Source of the DNA: Setoptus koraiensis
Taxonomy: Eukaryota; Animalia; Arthropoda
NCBI GenBank assembly: GCA_048013815.1
Contig: CM106586.1
Location: 18,104,001-18,168,000 of the forward strand
Length of the DNA: 64,000 bases
Reading direction: 5' to 3'
In this document: piece after piece, positions 33,273 through 42,781 of the stretch
How the letters are laid out: each line of letters opens with the position of its first letter
Numbering within the stretch: position 1 is the stretch's first letter
Position numbers and translations under genes: made by a program
The notes under the pieces: model-generated
The model's database searches: none
Seen by the model: the letters and a program-made list of their open reading frames with translations, nothing else
Told to the model about the DNA's origin: nothing

Positions 33273-35015
33273 ATGTCACAATCTAGCGATGAAGACGACG
33301 ATCATCCGGATGTAAACTGTCTCAGAGGAACCAATTGGAAACCCAACCCAGTTATAGGCTTAAACAATTGGGTGCCGAGGAGAATGTGTGACGGATCATC
33401 GCCGAGAGAAATTCTAAATCATATGCTCCCCAATACGCCTATACCCGAACATCTGGACGAGGTATTCTTGTGGCAAATTATATTTAATCTTTCAAACGAA
33501 CCACCTTGTAGAAAAAAACTACCTGATTATAATACATTGGCTGATGCTGTTGATCTTATAAAAAAATCAAAGAATATCATTGTACTAACTGGCGCAGGTG
33601 TCAGTACTTCATCGGGTATACCGGACTTTAGAAGCCGCGATGGAATTTACGCGCGCCTCCATCAAGATTTCCCCGATCTACCTGATCCCCAGGCTATGTT
33701 TGACATTAGCTATTTCAGGAAAGATCCGAGGCCCTTCTTTAAATTCTCAAAAGAAATCTACCCCGGCCAATTTCAGCCAGCCATTGGCCACTATTTTATT
33801 AAGTGTCTAGAGAAGCATGGAAAACTACTGAGAAATTACACTCAAAACATAGACACTCTTGAGCAGGTAGCTGGCATCCAACGAGTCATCAACTGCCACG
33901 GTTCATTTGCCTCGGCCACATGCACTAATTGCAAGTATCAGGTTGACGCTTCGGTAATCAAGCAAGATATTTTCGAGCAAAAGATACCAAAGTGCCCTAA
34001 ATGTCCAGTTGATTCTCCGCAGATAGCTGTCATGAAACCGGACATTGTGTTCTTTGGTGAAGGGCTCCCGGATACATTTCATGAAGCCATTGGCAAAGAT
34101 AAAGATGAGTGTGACTTACTCATAGTTATTGGTTCGTCTATGAAAGTTAGACCAGTAGCATTAATACCCAGCTCCATACCAGACAATATTCCGCAGATCT
34201 TAATCAACAGGGAGCCTCTAGGCCATCTAGTCTTCGATATTGAGTTGCTTGGAGATTGTGATGGTATCATCCAGGAGCTATGTCTAAAACTTGGGGAAGA
34301 TTGGACTGATATTTGTACCCCTGGCGCAGAACAACTTACTGAATTAACGGAACTGCCCAACGTTAACGAAACTGGCTCCATCATACCCCGAACAGACAAT
34401 ACTCAAGCGATGGAAACCGAAGATTTAGTATGCAAAGATTCATCTTCTGATCTACCAATATGCGACACTGTTGCCACGAGCGATGATCTTGGCGGTTGTA
34501 GTTCTCAAGTTGTAGAATCGACATCGAGTAACGTCAGGAAGTTAGAAGTTGACAGATTGATCTCTCAGGACTGTTCGAGTACTTCAGATACAAACGTCGC
34601 TTCGATGTTGGATAAGGAAGCTGACGGGTATGAGTCCGTGGTCGCTGAGATAGATAGTCCCGCGGCTGGTTCCGATCTGAGCTCTATCGACGCCTATGAT
34701 GACGTCGCCGCTATGTTACCCCCATCGTCATATCTCTACATAGCACCCAGCAGATGTATTTTCAAGGGTGCCGAGATCAATCTTCAAAGTTTAGAAAATT
34801 ACAAAAAGAAAGCCGCCCATGAAACTGCAACGGTTCCACAGGGTGGTCAACCTACCGTCTCCAAGCATATGGCATTATTAGCATCTGATTCTTCGAATTT
34901 CTCATCTGCCGGGTCATCAATTGGAAACTCTTCCTCTAATACATCCTCATCGCCTGATTGTTCGTCCATAGAAAGATCTCCAGCGAGTGAGCATTCTACT
35001 GATGTTAGAGTTTGA
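33273..35015 (+). CDS. Sirt1: NAD-dependent deacetylase sirtuin-1 (Sir2 class I), intronless, 580 aa
   Basis: GAGVSTSSGIPDFRS, TQNID, HGSF, CxxC...CxxC, KPDIVFFGE, GSSMKVRP, NREP; N-terminal helical domain (LWQII...EPP.RKK); C-terminal YLYIAPSRCIFKGAEI resembles the SIRT1 CTR/ESA segment. Confidence 0.97.
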   Translation: MSQSSDEDDDHPDVNCLRGTNWKPNPVIGLNNWVPRRMCDGSSPREILNHMLPNTPIPEHLDEVFLWQIIFNLSNEPPCRKKLPDYNTLADAVDLIKKSKNIIVLTGAGVSTSSGIPDFRSRDGIYARLHQDFPDLPDPQAMFDISYFRKDPRPFFKFSKEIYPGQFQPAIGHYFIKCLEKHGKLLRNYTQNIDTLEQVAGIQRVINCHGSFASATCTNCKYQVDASVIKQDIFEQKIPKCPKCPVDSPQIAVMKPDIVFFGEGLPDTFHEAIGKDKDECDLLIVIGSSMKVRPVALIPSSIPDNIPQILINREPLGHLVFDIELLGDCDGIIQELCLKLGEDWTDICTPGAEQLTELTELPNVNETGSIIPRTDNTQAMETEDLVCKDSSSDLPICDTVATSDDLGGCSSQVVESTSSNVRKLEVDRLISQDCSSTSDTNVASMLDKEADGYESVVAEIDSPAAGSDLSSIDAYDDVAAMLPPSSYLYIAPSRCIFKGAEINLQSLENYKKKAAHETATVPQGGQPTVSKHMALLASDSSNFSSAGSSIGNSSSNTSSSPDCSSIERSPASEHSTDVRV

Positions 35016-35465
35016 TCGCATTCAACTCACTAGTTTAATAGGAATCCACTAACATACTTAAGACACTGAATTAGCGCTAATATACGTGTTCGCAGGCAAT
35101 GCGATCCTGATAACACTTTCAGACTTCGGTTTGTGCGCCCAATATGTAAATTCTGATGAGGTTACGTTACCCTCCCGTTACGTTTTTTAGATACGAGAAG
35201 CAATTATACGGACTCAAGCAATGAAATGCCATCTTATATATATATTCTTCCTTCTACTGTAGAGCGAAAGTAGTATTATTATATTGATAATCTGGTGATT
35301 GATTCAAACGAAAGCAAGACCTCAAAGATATTGTACGATACATTATTCTTACAGCAACCATGTGAAAAAGCTATGACATAAAAACATGAAATTAAACAAC
35401 AACAATGTACATTAATCAACTTTTTTAACAAAATCAACCATTGCCTTTATAATGTTTTTTTTTGT

Positions 35466-37256
35466 TTATATCTCTTCAGCTTTGCTCGAAATTCTTTTCA
35501 CGATACTATCGTGCAATTTGTTACAATCGTCTTGGAGAGTCATGATTTCTCTGACATTCTTTGCCTCCAAGCCTGTGGCATAATCACCATTTTCTCTATT
35601 TTTTTCCTCAAGTTCATTCATGAGCTTGTCGTAAGTGAAATCAAGCTGTCCAACTAATTGTTTCAGTTCTGTTTTGATCGACTGTAGTTCAGTGATGCTA
35701 GTCCCTATATCGGATATCCTATTTTCTATGTCTAGCTTATCTTTTGCTAAGTTGCGAATAACCAACTCTTCCCGCTTGAACGAACTTATCTCTTCTTGAT
35801 ATCGTTTCATCTCTTGATCATATTTTGGTTTTAGTTGGTCTAATTTCTCCGCTTCCATCTCAAGTTTTCGCTTGGTACAAATTATCTCCATCAGCGATTT
35901 TTTGTCGATAGAGCTTGCGGATGTTTCCAGGAGACCGATTTGTTTGCTTAGTTTTGATTGCTTCTCTTGTACCTTGTGTATCTCGTCACCCAATTGCTTT
36001 AATTTTTCACTATTGTTTTTTTTAATTGAGATATTGTACTCTTCACAAAATTTTTCATATTGCTCCAGCTCCAGACAGCCTTGAGTTAGCGATGCAATGA
36101 ACTTGGAATCTTTCAGACTCTCTATAAGAACATTTCGTGCTTTCAAATCCTCTTTCAGGTCCTCTACTTGCTTGTTTAACGAGTCGATTGCCTCTTTTTC
36201 ATGTTTGACAGTTTTTGCCAGTTGTGTTAACTCTTTTTTGCTCAAATTCTTGGACATTGATTTGCCTTGGCTCTTGCTTGTTTTTATTTGTCGTATCTCT
36301 TTTTGTAGTTGTCGAAGTTTTATAATTTGATTTATATACATAAATTTTTTGTTCTCATTTGCCTTGCTTTCATCTTTGTAGACCTTAAGCTTAATTTCCA
36401 GAGAATCCAATTGTTCTTTCAGTTGATGGGTTTGCGATCTCACTTCTTTAACCCTACTGTCTAATCGATTTAGATTATTCTTGCCGGATGAGGATTGGTC
36501 CTTAGTTGTCGAATGAAAATATACTCTTTCTTTTAATTTTTCCCATTCACTGTTCAGTGCAGTCAATTTGTTCGTCCAAATCTGTCTCTCTTGGTCGGAA
36601 TTCTTTTTAAATTTAAGAGTCGCCTCTAGTCTCTTTTGTAAATCTTTTGTTTCATGTTGTAGCTCGTATATCCTGTTCAAGAGGGGTAAGCTTATATCGT
36701 TGTCACTTTGGTTAGATATGGATGATCTAGAGGAGGATCGACTCTGTTGCATTAATTGGGTTCGTTCATTATAAATTTGATAGCTGGCCGAATCTTCTGC
36801 ACGTTTTATCAAGTCCTGATCAAGTAACTCGTTCATTTGTTTCCATGTTTCGTGCCTAGAGACTTCTTTTTGCATAATATTTTGATCAATTCTTAGATTC
36901 GCTATTTCTTTCTCTATATTTTTTAATCTATTTTGTAACATTTCTACAACTTGAGTTTTATCCTGACCAGTGACCGATTTCTTTTGGTGTGATTTGTTTG
37001 TATATGAAGAGGAAAAGATACCAGTTTCTAGATTTGCAGAGTTGATAGTAGAAGGGAATCTCGTTGGTACATTTGTGGATACTCTTGGATGGCGATGCTG
37101 ACTTCGGCTACGACCATTCATTCCATTTGGTGTGTCAGAAGTTCGTCTTTGGTTATAAATTGGTTGGCTGGAGTTGCTGGTGGATGCAGAGGACCGATTT
37201 TGCGTGGATCCCGCCCATCTGGCCCAACTTGATTGAATAGTCTCGTTAGAAGTCAT
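35466..37256 (-). CDS. Uncharacterised intronless coiled-coil protein, 596 aa
   Basis: Long ATG-initiated ORF with non-repetitive DNA; S/N/R-rich N-terminus then E/K/L/Q heptads over about 480 aa; family not recognised. Confidence 0.85.
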   Translation of the reverse strand: MTSNETIQSSWARWAGSTQNRSSASTSNSSQPIYNQRRTSDTPNGMNGRSRSQHRHPRVSTNVPTRFPSTINSANLETGIFSSSYTNKSHQKKSVTGQDKTQVVEMLQNRLKNIEKEIANLRIDQNIMQKEVSRHETWKQMNELLDQDLIKRAEDSASYQIYNERTQLMQQSRSSSRSSISNQSDNDISLPLLNRIYELQHETKDLQKRLEATLKFKKNSDQERQIWTNKLTALNSEWEKLKERVYFHSTTKDQSSSGKNNLNRLDSRVKEVRSQTHQLKEQLDSLEIKLKVYKDESKANENKKFMYINQIIKLRQLQKEIRQIKTSKSQGKSMSKNLSKKELTQLAKTVKHEKEAIDSLNKQVEDLKEDLKARNVLIESLKDSKFIASLTQGCLELEQYEKFCEEYNISIKKNNSEKLKQLGDEIHKVQEKQSKLSKQIGLLETSASSIDKKSLMEIICTKRKLEMEAEKLDQLKPKYDQEMKRYQEEISSFKREELVIRNLAKDKLDIENRISDIGTSITELQSIKTELKQLVGQLDFTYDKLMNELEEKNRENGDYATGLEAKNVREIMTLQDDCNKLHDSIVKRISSKAEEI

Positions 37257-38713
37257 TGTCGTGAGTTACGTTTGTTCAATTGCGTTTTCGATTATTTAAA
37301 TATATTTCTGTATATGTTTGCCTAATTGTCATAGGGATCTCGTTGGGTGGCTTTTCCAAACTATTTACACAGGACACATTGCCATCAAAACAACTTCGAA
37401 GGAATTGGGATGTGAGAGGTGTTCATTTTGTTTTTATTCCTTTGTTTGTCGAACATGAGGCGTTATCAATTTTCTTGAGATTTACTGTTTAAGTTGATAA
37501 TTCATCCATGAGTGGATACTTTGTTCGGAGTGTGTAAAGGGACGATCAGGGCTCAATATCGCTCATCCAATCTTGTTTTGTTTCACGAGCTCATCATTCG
37601 CCCAAGTCAGCATATAACATTGGCCAGGCATTGTTATTGTGATGATGATCAACAGTAGTGTGTAGTTAGATTATAACTTCATCTGATAGATAAGATATCA
37701 CTTACACATAGATATGAATTTTTGTTTCATCTCATATTTCTCATCTTTTGTGCCTCTTATCACACGGAACAATTGCTACTAGAATTGGGCTCTGGTTTAT
37801 TGTCACCACAAGGCAATGAATAGAGATCAAACTTTGCTTCAAACAGATCAAATTTTGTTTTGTTTTGCATGAGAAAAAGGATGGATCTAGATAATGTCAG
37901 ACAATCAATTCGAATAATTATCAAATGTACCATTTAGAGAGTATACGCCAGTAATATCCAGTACAGGCGCATCATAGCGAAAGAAACACGATACGAGCTG
38001 GGGTTGGCAACTAGGTAACTATGACAACCATGTCAATGTAATCATTATGTAATTGCACCATAAAAATTGTTATATACCGGTCGAGCCATGAAAGTAGAAA
38101 ACGTTTAAAGGTAATCTCTAAATATTACCTGTACAGCAATAAACAAATGCTAAAAATAAATACACAAATACAACTGATACTTACTTGTGAGTAATACCTG
38201 TACAGATAACTCGCTAACTCTGTCACGGAGACCTCTTCTGGTCGATATGCTGTACAGTAGTATATAGTAGTCAGATAAAAGCCAGTCGTCACGAGCCCAG
38301 GCTGTTAATTTTCAACAAAACGTTTCGAGTAGCTGCAGATCCGAGTGGCTGCAAATAAACGCAAACAGAAACAACGAATGAAATGCAAATGTATTCATTA
38401 TGTGACGCTAGTTACATCAGACTGTCTAATTGTACAAAATAATAATCATTCAATCACTATGACAAATAGTTGTAATAATAATAAATCTAAAAGTTGCGCT
38501 CTTGTTATGCTTATAAGCTCATTGATAACCTGATTACCATTTTAATGATGAAATGAAATAACAATATTTCATCCGTTCGATTTGGTTCGTTCGTATCATA
38601 AAAAGGCAGGCTATCTTGTATTTGTTATGTTATTATTATTATTTAATATTATTATCTTTAATCTTTCTATCATCAGGTGACAAATGAAACGACAACGATT
38701 GAATATATTGAAT

Positions 38714-39336
38714 CTATTGGGTAGAGTCAATTTGCTGTTTTCCTTGCTCGGTCGATGCACCATCTCTTTTGATTGAACATTGACGCATAATTTGATTGAT
38801 CTCTTGTCTGGTCATATCTTGTGCTCTTGCTACATCAATCATGCTACCATCAACAACCATCAATTTGGCCTCAGATGGGATAATTGAGCGTAGCAACAAG
38901 TAGACGTTTGTTGAATCAGTGTTGCTATTCTGTTTGCCATTGTCATTAGTTGTTGTCTCATTAACTAGTTTGTCCAATCCACAATTCTTTCCAGCGATCA
39001 CAGCCATCTTTCTTGGGAAATCATCGGCATCAGGTGAGCTAACGATTTCTTTGTCGACCAATTTAATTGATCCGCATTTGGTGTTTGATTTCTCAATGCT
39101 TGGAATGAAGTTGATTTTAGACTCAACAATTGCCTCATAATCGCACAATTTCTCCTTCAATTGTTCCTTAGTCAATATCGCTGGGCACTTGTAATCGTCA
39201 GCAGTGTCTGGGCACTCAATTGATGAGGCGTTGACAAATGTGGCATTTAGAGTTGAGGCCGAGGCTAGATGATCAATGGAGTATGGACCCGAGAAGAACG
39301 ATAGTGCTCTCTTGTGATGGTGGGATGGATATGTGG
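38714..39336 (-). CDS. Terminal exon of an uncharacterised, possibly secreted Cys-containing protein (about 206 aa)
   Basis: Frame open from a tcatacag acceptor (TYPSHHHKRALSFF...ECPD...YKCPAILTKEQLKEKLCDYEAIVESKI...) to TAG at 38714; 5' exons unresolved. Confidence 0.6.
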
Positions 39337-39735
39337 CTGTATGATAACGGATAGATGAAGAAAAGACAGTTATGTATTATTATTAGTATGTTGTTTATCT
39401 GATATAAACACAAGCGTGTATAAGTAAATAGCAAATGCAATCTGGAGCGGCAGTTGAAGTGATGCAAGAGTGAGTGAACGACGTGAAAGATTATCTAATT
39501 GTTGCTTGTTTATGTGAACAATGAAATAGTGAGGGGCTGCCTTGTGATTTTGTTGACATATAACGGGAACATTAATTAATTAATAATTGCTACGGGTTAA
39601 TTACGGGTCTGGCTGGACTAAAGTGGCGAGGCATAGGACAATGATTGATAGTGGGGCAGAATCGGATCATAGTGCAGAGCATACATAATATCTTGACAAC
39701 GCAGCAACCAGAGTTCACAGTTTGTTTTTGGCTAT

Positions 39736-42432
39736 TCATGATGATGTACCTTTGTTTGGTCTGTAATAATCTGGTTTTGGGGCGAATGTTGGCGATTGCG
39801 GTGGCGGAGTGTAGTAGACAGGTAATGCGTTTGGGCGATAATTGTAAAGAGTGACAGGATTGACTGGCCCAAATGGATAAAATCCACGCTCTTCAACATT
39901 GTTATACCACACAGCATTGACTACATCGTGAACTTGCTTAGGTGGATTCCATTGTTTTAGATAACTGACCGGCAAATAGCCAGGCGGATAAGGAAAATCA
40001 GCCCATGCTTGCGTGAACTCTGGTTGCGTGTCAAGATTGTTGGTTGCTGGGGCCGATTTGTATTGATTGTATTGAGCTGGTTGTGGTGATGGTAGTGAGT
40101 ATGATGGTTGCGAGTAGCTCTCGCTACCAATTTGATCATCATCATCTAATGCATTTCTCTTGTATCTGTTGTTTTTACCTTGTTGAGGATACGATGGTTC
40201 TGGGTAGCTCGCTGGAGCTGAATAGCTTGCTGCTGGAGCGGAATAACTTGGTGCTGAGTAGCTTGGGGACGGGGCCGAGTAGCTAGATGGAGCCGAGTAA
40301 CTTGATGCTGAGTAGCTAGATGAGGCTGAGTAGCTTGGAGCTGAATAGCTCGACGGAGCCGAGTAGCTAGCTGGTGCAGAGTAACTGGCTGGTGCAGAGT
40401 AGCTGCTAGAGTAGTTTGCTGGTGCAGAGTAGCTTGCTGCTGGTGCCGAGTAACTGGATGGTGCCGAATAGCTGGCTGCTGGTGCGGAGTAACTGGCTGG
40501 TGCCGAGTAGCTGGCTGCTGGTGCGGAGTAACTGGCTGGTGCAGAGTAGCTGGCTGCTGGTGCAGAGTAACTGGCTGGTGCAGAGTAGCTGCTCGAGTAG
40601 TTGGCTGGAGCGGAGTATGATGGTGCGGAGTAGCTGGCTGGTGCAGAGTAACTGGCTGGTGCTGAGTACTCTGGTGCCGAGTAGCTAGCTGGTGCCGAGT
40701 AGCTGGCTGGTGCCGAGTAGCTGGCTGCTGGTGCAGAGTAGCTAGCTGGTGCAGAGTAGCTAGCTGGTGCAGAGTAGCTAGCTGGGGCAGAATAGCTGCT
40801 GGAGTAGTTGGCTGGTGCAGAGTAGCTTGGTGCCGAGTAGCTTGATGGGGCTGAGTATGATGGTGCGGAGTAGGAAGCTGGTGCAGAGTAGCTTGCTGCT
40901 GGTGCAGAATAACTGGCTGGTGCAGAGTAACTGGCCGGTGCTGAGTAACTCGCTGGTGCTGAGTAGCTGGCTGGTGCTGAGTAGCTGCTCGAGTAGTTGG
41001 CTGATGAAGAGTAGCTTGCTGCTGGTGCAGAGTAACTTGGTGCCGAGTAGCTTGATGGAGCTGAGTATGATGGTGCAGAGTAGCTTGCTGCTGGTGCAGA
41101 GTAACTGGTTGGCGCTGAGTAGCTACTGGAATAGTTTGCTGGGGCTGAGTACGATGGTGCCGAGTACGATGGTGCCGAGTAGGATGGAGCTGAGTAGCTC
41201 GGTGCTGGGGCCGAGTAGCTCGATGGAGCTGAGTAACTGCTCGAGTAGTTGGCTGGAGCCGAGTACGATGGTGCCGAGTACGATGGTGCCGAGTATGATG
41301 GTGCAGAGTAGCTCGGTGCCGAGTAGCTTGATGGAGCTGAATAGCTGCTTGAGTAGTTTGCTGGTGCAGAGTATGATGGAGCCGAGTACGATGGAGCAGA
41401 GTAGCTGCTCGAGTAGTTGGCCGGAGCTGAGTATGATGGTGCTGAGTACTCTGGGGCTGGGTAGCTGGCCGGTGCAGAGTAACTTGGTGCAGAGTAGCTT
41501 GGGGCCGAGTAGCTTGGTGCCGAGTAGCTTGGAGCTGGGGCCGAGTAGCTCGCTGGAGCGGTGTAGCTGCTTGAGTAGTTGGCTGGAGCAGAGTATGATG
41601 GAGCGGAGTATGATGGGGCTGAGTAGCTTGGTGCAGCCGGTGCAGAGTAACTTGCTGCTGGTGCAGAGTAGCTTGCTGGTGCGGAGTAGCTAGCTGGGGC
41701 CGAGTAGCTTGGTGCCGAGTAGCTCGGAGCTGAGTAGCTTGGAGCTGGGGCCGAGTAGCTCGATGGAGCCGAGTAGCTGCTTGAGTAGTTGGCTGGAGCA
41801 GAGTACGATGGGCTTGGTGAGCTATAACTTGGGCTCGATGAGTAACTTGGGGCCGAGTACGAAGGCGCTGGTGCAGCGTAACTCTCTTGGGCTGGGTAGC
41901 TGGCGGCTGGTGCAGAGTAGCTTGGAGCTGGTGCAGAGTACGATGGTGCCGAGTAGCTTGGTGCTGGTGCCGAGTAGCTGGCTGGTGCCGAGTAACTGGC
42001 TGCTGGTGCCGAGTAACTGGCTGGTGCCGAGTAACTGGCTGCTGGTGCCGAGTAACTGGCTGGTGCCGAGTAACTGGCTGGTGCAGAGTAGCTTGAAGCA
42101 GCTGGTGCAGAGTAGCTTGGTGCGGCTGGTGCAGAGTAGCTGGACGATGAATTGTAGCTAGCTGGTGCAGGTGCCGAGTAGCCTGGTGCTGGTGCATCAT
42201 AACTGTGGCTTCTAGCGGACGATGTTAGAGTTGTTTTTTGTTGTTCATTGTCTGTTGTGGTGCCAGTCGCTTGAGCTTGAGCTTGTGCCTGAGCTTGGGC
42301 TTGAGCTTGGGTGCTCGATGTCGATGATTTTGTGGATGTCGTTTGGTCAGTAATTGGGTTTGCTGACACCAACATGTGGCATGAGGCCACCAAAATGGCC
42401 AATACGATGGCGTTCAATTTGAAATTGGCCAT
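39736..42432 (-). CDS. Secreted Tyr-Ser-Ala-Pro repeat structural protein (vitelline-membrane/cuticle-like), intronless, 898 aa from ATG 42432
   Basis: Signal peptide MANFKLNAIVLAILVASCHMLVSA; about 680 aa of (A/S/P)xSYSAP repeats; RYKR furin-type site; unique Y/P-rich C-terminal domain. Confidence 0.92.
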   Translation of the reverse strand: MANFKLNAIVLAILVASCHMLVSANPITDQTTSTKSSTSSTQAQAQAQAQAQAQATGTTTDNEQQKTTLTSSARSHSYDAPAPGYSAPAPASYNSSSSYSAPAAPSYSAPAASSYSAPASYSAPASYSAPAASYSAPASYSAPAASYSAPASYSAPAPSYSAPSYSAPAPSYSAPAASYPAQESYAAPAPSYSAPSYSSSPSYSSPSPSYSAPANYSSSYSAPSSYSAPAPSYSAPSYSAPSYSAPASYSAPASYSAPAASYSAPAAPSYSAPSYSAPSYSAPANYSSSYTAPASYSAPAPSYSAPSYSAPSYSAPSYSAPASYPAPEYSAPSYSAPANYSSSYSAPSYSAPSYSAPANYSSSYSAPSSYSAPSYSAPSYSAPSYSAPSYSAPANYSSSYSAPSSYSAPAPSYSAPSYSAPSYSAPSYSAPANYSSSYSAPTSYSAPAASYSAPSYSAPSSYSAPSYSAPAASYSSSANYSSSYSAPASYSAPASYSAPASYSAPASYSAPAASYSAPASYSAPSYSAPSSYSAPSYSAPANYSSSYSAPASYSAPASYSAPASYSAPAASYSAPASYSAPASYSAPEYSAPASYSAPASYSAPSYSAPANYSSSYSAPASYSAPAASYSAPASYSAPAASYSAPASYSAPAASYSAPSSYSAPAASYSAPANYSSSYSAPASYSAPASYSAPSSYSAPSYSASSSYSASSYSAPSSYSAPSPSYSAPSYSAPAASYSAPASYPEPSYPQQGKNNRYKRNALDDDDQIGSESYSQPSYSLPSPQPAQYNQYKSAPATNNLDTQPEFTQAWADFPYPPGYLPVSYLKQWNPPKQVHDVVNAVWYNNVEERGFYPFGPVNPVTLYNYRPNALPVYYTPPPQSPTFAPKPDYYRPNKGTSS

Positions 42433-42617
42433 TGTTATGTTATTAATCAATTGTTTTACCAATGAAATCGATTGATTAATTTGTGTGTGTTAAAGTTTCA
42501 AAACTATCTGATCTGTTACCACTCTCTGGCTGGTGTGTCTGCTCTCTATTTCGTCTCGTGTGTCTCACTATGTCAAAATCAAGATGAACACTGATGAAAC
42601 AAACTAATTAAGCAACC

Positions 42618-42653
42618 AATGATATTCTCTGAGTGCTCACGCGTATATTTATA
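42618..42653 (-). promoter_or_regulatory. TATA box and Initiator-like element for the YSAP-repeat gene
   Basis: Minus-strand TATAAA at 42653-42648 and TCATT about 33 nt downstream, about 190 nt before the ATG; (GA)21 tract just upstream. Confidence 0.55.
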
Positions 42654-42735
42654 TGCGCCTTTGGACTTGCTGTCAGTCGAGATCAGATCTTGCCATCACG
42701 AAATGGCCAACAGAATCTTACAAATTTGTTAGCAA

Positions 42736-42737
<2 letters not shown>

Positions 42738-42779
<42 letters not shown>
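42738..42779. repeat. (AG)21 microsatellite
   Basis: Read directly. Confidence 0.96.

Positions 42780-42781
<2 letters not shown>

Noticed and set aside
33598-36774. Short opposite-frame or antisense ORFs within Sirt1 and the coiled-coil gene
   Set aside because: Typical shadows of real coding sequence, with no independent signals.
40146-42200. 684-aa alternative-frame ORF and antisense ORFs within the YSAP gene (possible dual coding)
   Set aside because: A +1-frame stop needs a codon with T in position 2 (L/I/V/M/F), which the S/A/P/Y repeat lacks, so the open frame is a trivial by-product; the antisense ORFs are repeat shadows.
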